DNA of 64,000 bases from Promethearchaeota archaeon (lineage in GTDB: Archaea > Asgardarchaeota > Thorarchaeia > Thorarchaeales > Thorarchaeaceae). The notes beneath the pieces were generated by a model that made no database searches, was not told the origin of the DNA, and saw only the letters and a list, made by a program, of their open reading frames with translations. The stretch's first letter is position 1. Each line of letters opens with the position of its first letter. The stretch is taken from the NCBI GenBank assembly GCA_014728035.1, contig WJMJ01000059.1, forward strand, positions 192,001-256,000. Direction: 5' to 3'. Shown here piece by piece: positions 57,279 through 64,000 of this stretch. A program made the translations under genes and the position numbers.

Positions 57279-57434
57279 TCATTTCCAAATGCGCAATTAC
57301 TTCTTACATCTATTATTCACTAAATAAACTAATGGTTTTCAATATATCGAGCTATTGTACCAAAAATGGAGCATTTTTTGGTTGTTGCGAATAGTTTAAT
57401 GGGGATTGAGCTAGACTGCAGCTGGTGATGTGCT

Positions 57435-58100
57435 ATGGAATTAGCAAGGTCTATCAAGTGCAAGGAATTGATGAAGCTCGACGTTGTTGATGCTGATGGG
57501 AAAGAAGTAGGCCACGTCGGTGATTTCACATTTGCCTTTAAAGATAAATTAGAGCTCCGCCAATTTGTCTTGGAAGGTTCGGCTTGGGAGGAATTTCTTG
57601 AGTCAATTAAAGTAAAACCGGACAGAGATCCTGTATTTGATGCATCAACAATAAAGAAGATCGATAAGAAACTATACTTATCTACTAATACTGATGAATT
57701 AAAGACTACTTGTGAAAACGATTGGATACCTGAAGATGAATACAGACTATCCGAACTTGAAAAGATGGATATTATTGACCGAGCAGGTATCAAAGTTGGT
57801 CGAATCATTGATGTTCATTTTGATGTTGATGGGTCTGCCTCATTGATAGTTGGAGGCGGCTTTTTTGAAGAAGCTCTTGAAGCAATTGGTCTGAAAGAAG
57901 ATGTTGACTTCGTCGTTCCAGGAGATGTACTTACTTGTCTTGGTGACAAGGTTCAGCTTGCTGTTACAAAAGACGAGTTAGGAACGACCATGGAAAAAGC
58001 TTTGAAGGAAAAAGCTCCTGATATCGAACGAGTGAAATCCAATAAAGCGGTTACTCGTGATATTGGCAAAGTCCGACTTTTCACACACCGCCCTATCTAA
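57435..58100 (+). CDS. tandem PRC-barrel domain protein
   Basis: Two repeats: ELMKLDVVDADGKEVGHVGD...EEFLESI and ELEKMDIIDRAGIKVGRIID...EEALEAI. Confidence 0.82.
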   Translation: MELARSIKCKELMKLDVVDADGKEVGHVGDFTFAFKDKLELRQFVLEGSAWEEFLESIKVKPDRDPVFDASTIKKIDKKLYLSTNTDELKTTCENDWIPEDEYRLSELEKMDIIDRAGIKVGRIIDVHFDVDGSASLIVGGGFFEEALEAIGLKEDVDFVVPGDVLTCLGDKVQLAVTKDELGTTMEKALKEKAPDIERVKSNKAVTRDIGKVRLFTHRPI

Positions 58101-58108
58101 TCTCAATT

Positions 58109-58140
58109 ACATAGCCATTTTTTGGCTATGTCATTTTTTT
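58109..58140 (+). terminator. hairpin plus T-tract after the PRC-barrel gene
   Basis: ACATAGCCA...TGGCTATGT followed by CATTTTTTT. Confidence 0.55.
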
Positions 58141-58269
58141 ACCTAGCATTACCTACCGCTTATGCTGATACATATAAACAAAGAAAAGGCAGCCCTGTCT
58201 TGATGATACTGTTCAAGTAATGACGTGTGTATACTAAAAACACATACGTTTGCTTCGAGGTATGATGAA

Positions 58270-59013
58270 ATGGCATTTGTGTCTACACGAGACTCCTCAT
58301 TCAAGATTATATTAAAAGATGATTTCAAAGTAAAGCCCGGTTCCACTTTTGTCTGTGGATTTCATGGTTTGGGTGAAGTTGGTTTTCTAAGTACTGCTCA
58401 TCTTACCCGTGCACTCGATACAGAGAGAGTTGGATATATCAAAAGCGATATGCTTCCTCTATTTGTGTCTATGGAGAATGAGAATCTTGTATTACCTTTC
58501 GAGATTTATTCCTATGATGAAAAGAATATGATTTTCTTAGTTCCACGATTTCAACCACACCAAAGTGAGCAATGGAGTTTCATAGACCATCTTGTAGATT
58601 GGATTTGTGAGAATGAATTCAGTGAAGTCTTACTACTTGGAGGGCTCGATGCTAGTTTCAAAGAAGATGACGATGATATGCGTTGTGTGCCCACCTCCGC
58701 CTATAAGGACAAACTTGAGAAATGGAATGTGCCTCTTCTTGAGGAGGGTCTTTTTGTTGCAGGGCCATTGGCCTTATTCCTTGCCGAATTGGAGATGCGT
58801 GAAGCTCCCGGAGTAGGTCTACTCACATATGCTACTCGTGGTAGGCCCGATCCCCGTTCAGCTGCATCCATGCTACAACGAATCAACCAGGTATATGGTG
58901 TTGAAGCTAATGTTGATCAGCTGATTGAAGAGTCAAAGGAGATTGAACGGCTCGAAAAGATGCGAAAGAGTATAGAATCTGATAGTGACCGAGCCCACGA
59001 TATGTATATGTAG
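58270..59013 (+). CDS. PAC2-family proteasome assembly chaperone/activator (PbaA/B-like)
   Basis: GFHGLGEVGFL, PFEIY, LLGG, PDPRSAA; C-terminal HbYX motif DMYM. Confidence 0.88.
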   Translation: MAFVSTRDSSFKIILKDDFKVKPGSTFVCGFHGLGEVGFLSTAHLTRALDTERVGYIKSDMLPLFVSMENENLVLPFEIYSYDEKNMIFLVPRFQPHQSEQWSFIDHLVDWICENEFSEVLLLGGLDASFKEDDDDMRCVPTSAYKDKLEKWNVPLLEEGLFVAGPLALFLAELEMREAPGVGLLTYATRGRPDPRSAASMLQRINQVYGVEANVDQLIEESKEIERLEKMRKSIESDSDRAHDMYM

Positions 59014-59020
59014 ATGATTT

Positions 59021-59560
59021 CTAACCCAGTCTTCGAATATACCATCCTATGTCCACAAGGTTCTTTGCAACAAGCTTGTCTGAACCTAGTCGGTCAAGCT
59101 TGTTGGCATCAACAGATAATATAGCAATTCCAAGGCATTCTTTTTCTTCATTGAGTACAAGCACACGTTGGTTTCTGGATAGATTTTCAGGGAGTTCAAC
59201 AACAGACTCTCTTAGAATACTATTTCCATAGGTAAATGCTTCAGCAGCATGTGAAGAAACAATCAGATACGCTGCAGTGTCCAGTGCAATTTTCTGAGCA
59301 GCTATAAGACTTATTCTAAAATCACTTCCATCATATTCTCCCAACCATAATCCCATTGATTGAATCTCAAAAGTATTTATTTTATCAAGAATCTCTATCC
59401 AATCTTCTGGAATCAGATATACTGAGAGATATTTTTTCTTCTCAATTGAAACAGGTATTCGATTAAGTGAGATCTTTCTTGTTATATCATGACCAAAATC
59501 CTGATCAATTATATTTGAGATTGTTTTCCATAGTTCGGAATCTAACAGTTCAGCACTCAT
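59021..59560 (-). CDS. Nip7-like PUA-domain ribosome biogenesis protein
   Basis: SMGLWLGE, AEAFTYGNSI, KNLVDIGWYIRR. Confidence 0.82.
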   Translation of the reverse strand: MSAELLDSELWKTISNIIDQDFGHDITRKISLNRIPVSIEKKKYLSVYLIPEDWIEILDKINTFEIQSMGLWLGEYDGSDFRISLIAAQKIALDTAAYLIVSSHAAEAFTYGNSILRESVVELPENLSRNQRVLVLNEEKECLGIAILSVDANKLDRLGSDKLVAKNLVDIGWYIRRLG

Positions 59561-60541
59561 CTATTTTACCCCCTCTTCTTTGATTATTTTTGCAACGAAG
59601 AAACCTTCAGTACCATCTCTATGAGGAAGAAATCGCTTGGTTAATTTCAGTGATTCATCAAGGTCAACTCCGTATGGATTGACTATTCCTGGGGTGCCAA
59701 AATCCAGTGATATCTTTGAAAGTTTTATTTCATGATGTTTCCTTAAAATATTATCAAGCACAAATTCATTTTCTTCTGGAGCTATGGAACATGTTGCATA
59801 GACTAACACCCCACCTGGTGCTAGAACTGAGATTGCTTCTTCTAGCATCTCTTCTTGTCTAGTTGCACAGTACCTTATGTCTGCCATGGATTTACTGGTT
59901 TTTCTTGATGAATCAATTGGAATCAATCCCTCACCCGAGCATGGCGCATCCAACATAATTTTGTCTGGTCGTAAGCCGAGCTCGCTTATTTTTCTTGCAT
60001 CTCCTCTTAATACAATCGAATTTATTACTCCACATCTTAGTATGTTACTTTCAAGACTTGTAAGTCTAAGTCTATCTTGGTCTATTGCAAATAACTTTCC
60101 AGTATTTTCCATAAGCTGTGCAATATGAGTACTCTTTCCCCCTGGTGCGGCAGCCAAATCTATTACTACTTCATTAGGTTTTGGATCAAGTACTCGCGAT
60201 ACTGTCATAGAGGGAACACCTTGAACATAGTAGTAACCCAACATATGCTCGAAGAGTGCACCAGGAGAGTAACCACCAAAATCTGCCCAGAATCCCTCCT
60301 CAATCCATGGGATTTGTTTTAGTTGCACATCTTTCTTTTCTAATCTCGAAATGAGTTCTTTAATAGGTATTCTCAATTGATTTACTCTAATCGCAGTCGG
60401 AATTGGTTTATCACAAGATTCTAAGAATTGATATGTTTCATCTTCACCCCATAGTGAAAGATATCTTTCAATCATATATGGAAGATATCCATATTTTTTA
60501 GCAATCTTCTTAGCTTTTTGTCGCAATTCCTTTCTATCCAC
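59561..60541 (-). CDS. RsmB/NOP2-family RNA m5C methyltransferase
   Basis: DLAAAPGGKSTHIA, LDAPCSGEG, YATCSIAPEENE, TEGFFVA. Confidence 0.94.
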   Translation of the reverse strand: MDRKELRQKAKKIAKKYGYLPYMIERYLSLWGEDETYQFLESCDKPIPTAIRVNQLRIPIKELISRLEKKDVQLKQIPWIEEGFWADFGGYSPGALFEHMLGYYYVQGVPSMTVSRVLDPKPNEVVIDLAAAPGGKSTHIAQLMENTGKLFAIDQDRLRLTSLESNILRCGVINSIVLRGDARKISELGLRPDKIMLDAPCSGEGLIPIDSSRKTSKSMADIRYCATRQEEMLEEAISVLAPGGVLVYATCSIAPEENEFVLDNILRKHHEIKLSKISLDFGTPGIVNPYGVDLDESLKLTKRFLPHRDGTEGFFVAKIIKEEGVK

Positions 60542-60559
60542 TCGTTTTCCTTCCTCTTC

Positions 60560-61816
60560 TCAATCGTATTCTCTCACTGCTTCAAGTAATTTTTCTAGAC
60601 TTTGTGATATTACAGGAGTCTTTGGGATTAATGCTTTGATTAAGTGCAAATCTTTGAAACCTGAACCAGTTATCGGAACAATAATCTGGTCTTGTTTATC
60701 AATGGTACCATCTTCAATCATTTGCTTTAATCCTGCTAATCCGGCTACTCCACTAGGTTCACCAAATATCCCTTCATATTTTCCTAGTTCTACTAGACAT
60801 TTCTTTATGCTGTAATCTGAAACTGATATTGCCATACCTTTTGCATCTTCGAGATAAGTCAACGCTGCATCACCATCCCATGGAAATGGATCTGCCAGTC
60901 CTCCCGCACAGGTGTCGACATTTTCAGCTGGTTCTATCTCTGTTGGTTTCTTGCTTTTTTGAAAAGCCTCGACTAATGGTGAACATCCTGTTGGCTGAAC
61001 TACTACCGGTTTTGGTATTTCTTCAATCAGTCCCAACTCCTTGAACTCATAGATGCCTTTCATGGTACCTGACATCAATCCACCACTACCTGTTGGGAAA
61101 AACACCCAGTCTGGAGTTTTCCACTCAAATTGTTCAGCAAGCTCATAACCAATTGTTTTGTTTCCTTCATATTGGAAACAGTTAAACGGGCCAAATGACG
61201 GTATTGGTGTCCAATCAAGTTCGGTATATGCTTCTTGCAAAAGTGCTGTCGTTGGGTCTACATTTGGCACAGTGGGTTTGACTTGAATTACTTTCGTTCC
61301 TAAAACCAATAGATGAATCAATTTGCCTGATGGAACTTTTTCTGGCACAAGTACAATTGTTTTAGTACCTGATCTAGCAGAGTATGTGGCTAGTGATGCA
61401 GCTGCATTTCCAGAAGATGCAGATATAACGACACTTGCTCCATCTTCTATAGCTCTGCTTAATCCCACACTTATCGGTCTATCTTTGAAAGACCCCGATG
61501 GATTCATTGTTTCAATCTTCAAAAATAGATTATCGAGACCGTATTTTTTCCCTAGTCGGTCTGCTTTAATCAGTGGGGTTCCGCCCTCACCCAATGTGAT
61601 GATACTTTCTTTCTTCCTGATTGGGAGCAGTTCAAAGTATTTCCAATGTGCTGGATTGCGGCTAGATAATTCTTCTTGAGTGATGGTTTCTTTCAATAGT
61701 TCCAGGTCTGGGGTGATGTCTATTCTGCCTCCACAGCCATCATTTGGAGGTACATCATCATCTGAATATACTTTGCTGCATTTTGCACATTTGTACATAA
61801 ATCTTCTATGACGCAT
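60560..61816 (-). CDS. thrC: threonine synthase
   Basis: LGEGGTPL, NPSGSFKDR, ASSGNAAAS, PTGSGG, ITGSGFKD. Confidence 0.9.
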   Translation of the reverse strand: MRHRRFMYKCAKCSKVYSDDDVPPNDGCGGRIDITPDLELLKETITQEELSSRNPAHWKYFELLPIRKKESIITLGEGGTPLIKADRLGKKYGLDNLFLKIETMNPSGSFKDRPISVGLSRAIEDGASVVISASSGNAAASLATYSARSGTKTIVLVPEKVPSGKLIHLLVLGTKVIQVKPTVPNVDPTTALLQEAYTELDWTPIPSFGPFNCFQYEGNKTIGYELAEQFEWKTPDWVFFPTGSGGLMSGTMKGIYEFKELGLIEEIPKPVVVQPTGCSPLVEAFQKSKKPTEIEPAENVDTCAGGLADPFPWDGDAALTYLEDAKGMAISVSDYSIKKCLVELGKYEGIFGEPSGVAGLAGLKQMIEDGTIDKQDQIIVPITGSGFKDLHLIKALIPKTPVISQSLEKLLEAVREYD

Positions 61817-61919
61817 TTTACAATCACCCCTGCCAAGTGGCAGCTTCATCATTGATTTTCTTAATCCATGTTATGAAAACATCTAAGAGGTACTTCTAAT
61901 AGTATCGATTGAGTGAAAT

Positions 61920-62486
61920 ATGACTTCCGAGATTGAGGTGGAAATGAAACTCCCAATTACAGATATTGTTTCATTACAAGATAAGTTGGAACTCCTTAAT
62001 GCCCAACGCCTTGGTATATCTATTCAATCTGATATGTATTTTAATCATCCCTGTCGTGATTTTAGTTCAACTGACGAGGCAATTCGAATTCGAGAAAGTA
62101 TTGATGATGCTGATTCTGGTAAAGACAAGACCATCGAATTAACCTATAAAGGGCCAAAGCTCAGCAGTGGCACAAAAACCCGAGTTGAAACATCAATTGA
62201 ACTGAAACGCATGCATAATGCTTCTTTGCTTTTGCTTCAACTAGGTTTCAAGCATGTTCAAACTGTCAAAAAGACACGAACTTCCTATAATCTAAATGGA
62301 ATTACTCTTACAATTGACCAAATTGATGGATTAGGTGCATTTGTTGAGGTTGAAAAGATTGTTGAAAGCCACGAAGATATTCCTAGAGTTGAAAAGCAAC
62401 TCAACAAGCTTCTTGATAAGCTTGGTCTTGATCCATCTACGACCATCCGTGTTTCATATCTTGAAATGTTATTAGAACTGAGCTAG
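61920..62486 (+). CDS. cyaB: CYTH-domain protein (class IV adenylate cyclase CyaB-like)
   Basis: EVEMK, DEAIRIR, LTYKGPK, GLGAFVEVE, SYLEML. Confidence 0.88.
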   Translation: MTSEIEVEMKLPITDIVSLQDKLELLNAQRLGISIQSDMYFNHPCRDFSSTDEAIRIRESIDDADSGKDKTIELTYKGPKLSSGTKTRVETSIELKRMHNASLLLLQLGFKHVQTVKKTRTSYNLNGITLTIDQIDGLGAFVEVEKIVESHEDIPRVEKQLNKLLDKLGLDPSTTIRVSYLEMLLELS

Positions 62487-63070
62487 ATTTCCAATTCAGA
62501 ATGAATTTCTTTAACAAACAGGTCAAGAATATTGTGTCTATTTTTAGCCATTTTCTTAGCGATATCAGTATACATCAGATTGTGTAATCTGAGCAATTTT
62601 TCTTGTGCATGCTTAAGGAATCCTTCAAGTCCAACTCCTGTTTCAACAGCATGAGCAATTGTTCGATATATTCCAATTGCGCCTATAGCATCTAGTTTAT
62701 CTGCGTCGCTAAGAATTTGACCTTCTAATGATGTTGGTGATAGTCCTTCACTAAATCTATGTGTTCGTATAGTTTCTTTCACTTTTTTGGTTTCTTCTTC
62801 TGTGAAATCAATTGACCTGAGGAATTCACTACTCATCTCACCAGATAATATGGAATGTGAAACACCTGTACTTTTCTCTCTGACTCTTCCGATATCATGT
62901 AGTAATGCTGCAGACAATAGAATTTTCATATCAGCTCCAAGCTCAGCTCCTATTTTTTCTGCAATAGAATACACTCTTCGAGAATGATCTAGAGCATGAG
63001 CTCCTTTTGGAAATGGACTAAATATCTCTTCAATGAATTCTTCTATTTTTGAGAGGTACACTATTATCAC
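62483..63070 (-). CDS. HD-domain phosphohydrolase
   Basis: HALDHSRRV, ALLHDIGR, HRFS, DADKLDAIGAIG. Confidence 0.92.
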   Translation of the reverse strand: MIIVYLSKIEEFIEEIFSPFPKGAHALDHSRRVYSIAEKIGAELGADMKILLSAALLHDIGRVREKSTGVSHSILSGEMSSEFLRSIDFTEEETKKVKETIRTHRFSEGLSPTSLEGQILSDADKLDAIGAIGIYRTIAHAVETGVGLEGFLKHAQEKLLRLHNLMYTDIAKKMAKNRHNILDLFVKEIHSELEI

Positions 63071-63278
63071 ACATTCTTGAAATTCTGTTTGTATTAATAC
63101 TTGTAGATGGTATCACCGGAATTTTCATTTATCGAACGCGATTCATATAAAACGAGAATGTATCGCTGAGAAAGCCTTATGTTTTTCCAACTATTATCTT
63201 GAGTATTGGTACGTAGTATATCCCATAAATGCCAATAACTAAATTCCCAACGCCTACTAAACAAGAGGGATTACACTA

Positions 63279-64000
63279 TTGAGCGATTCCACAAGCACAT
63301 CTCGCCGCAAAATTGGATTCACCACTATCGTGAGTTCAATATTTCTGATTGCAACACTTGTGTGGGGTACAACCACACTAATTATGATCCAAACAGGTCA
63401 AGGAAGAATTCAGACCCCTCATGAACCTTATACAGAAATTGAGGACTGGGCATATAACATTCCCTGGGCTGGCGGCCGTGCATCTTGGTTCGATAACATA
63501 AACTATACCGACCTGCCACTTGACCAACCTCTTCCAGAAGATCTAATGAATCAGTTGGAAAATGTGATATTCATTGCAGAACCCTCCGATCCTCTGCAGT
63601 TGTGGCGTGCTAGTGCATTTGACTCGTATGATGGCTCGGGATGGAAAAAATCAAGCATCGCAGAATATAGTGTATCAACCACCTCTCTTGCTGATGCAAC
63701 AGCTCAAGGAAATGAAATCTATACGGTTTATCTGAATTTAACAGCTGGGTCAAGTGTAGGTGAAGTCCAGCTACCTATCATCTTTCCAGACCAGCAAATC
63801 ATCACGGACTCATTCACTACCTACCCCTCTGGTCGGCTTTTGAGCTATACGTTGACAACTGATGATTATGGCACTGTCTTGTTGGGTCCGACAGTTCAGG
63901 GCGACCCTGGTGAAAATGTTTTGTTTAGTTATCAGGTAACTTATTCTACACAGGATTTAGAAAATATTGAATCAACTGCTATTGAAGATGCAAATGCTGG
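63279..64000 (+). CDS. membrane-anchored transglutaminase-associated (TgpA/DUF3488-like) protein, 5' part only
   Basis: Manual translation from TTG 63279: N-terminal TM, then LWRASAFDSYDGSGW; open to the window end. Confidence 0.65.
   Translation, partial: MSDSTSTSRRKIGFTTIVSSIFLIATLVWGTTTLIMIQTGQGRIQTPHEPYTEIEDWAYNIPWAGGRASWFDNINYTDLPLDQPLPEDLMNQLENVIFIAEPSDPLQLWRASAFDSYDGSGWKKSSIAEYSVSTTSLADATAQGNEIYTVYLNLTAGSSVGEVQLPIIFPDQQIITDSFTTYPSGRLLSYTLTTDDYGTVLLGPTVQGDPGENVLFSYQVTYSTQDLENIESTAIEDANA

Noticed and set aside
57329-57808. 159-aa minus-strand ORF
   Set aside because: Antisense to the PRC-barrel gene.
59021-60541. nop2-nip7 adjacency as a novelty
   Set aside because: This gene pairing is already known in archaea.

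Overview
This window is archaeal chromosomal DNA, very probably from an Asgard archaeon (Thorarchaeia-like). That is inferred from eukaryote-type topoisomerase IB, eL38, longin-domain proteins, a V4R fusion and SepF. Most of it is conserved information-processing operons: ftsY-pfdA-rpl18a-eIF6-rpl31e-rpl39e-rps19e, rpl37e-lsm, aCPSF1-psmB, ksgA-rpo4-rpl21e-pus10, sucCD and nip7-nop2. An accessory-rich block lies at about 9-34 kb. Main highlights: (1) An IS607-family element at 18046-20640 whose ends could be reconstructed, because removing it restores a split host ORF. It has a truncated tnpA, an unusually large (~700 aa) TnpB-like RuvC nuclease with intact catalytic residues, and a recognisable omegaRNA-like pseudoknot at its right end. 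(2) Six tRNA genes; four carry bulge-helix-bulge (BHB) introns of exactly 30 nt at non-canonical positions (14/15, 20/21 and 59/60 twice). (3) A free-standing two-motif LAGLIDADG endonuclease-like gene whose stop codon lies inside the T-loop of the intron-containing tRNA-Ala. (4) An operon of two paralogous small membrane proteins plus a longin-V4R fusion, which joins the two fold families of the eukaryotic TRAPP core. (5) An ORB-like, palindrome-rich, AT-rich locus at 14.3-15.0 kb. (6) Two divergent Hel308/Ski2-like helicase paralogs, one apparently inactive with a SWIM finger. (7) Apparent CTG start codons. No CRISPR array or rRNA was seen. All calls come from reading motifs by eye; no database search was run.
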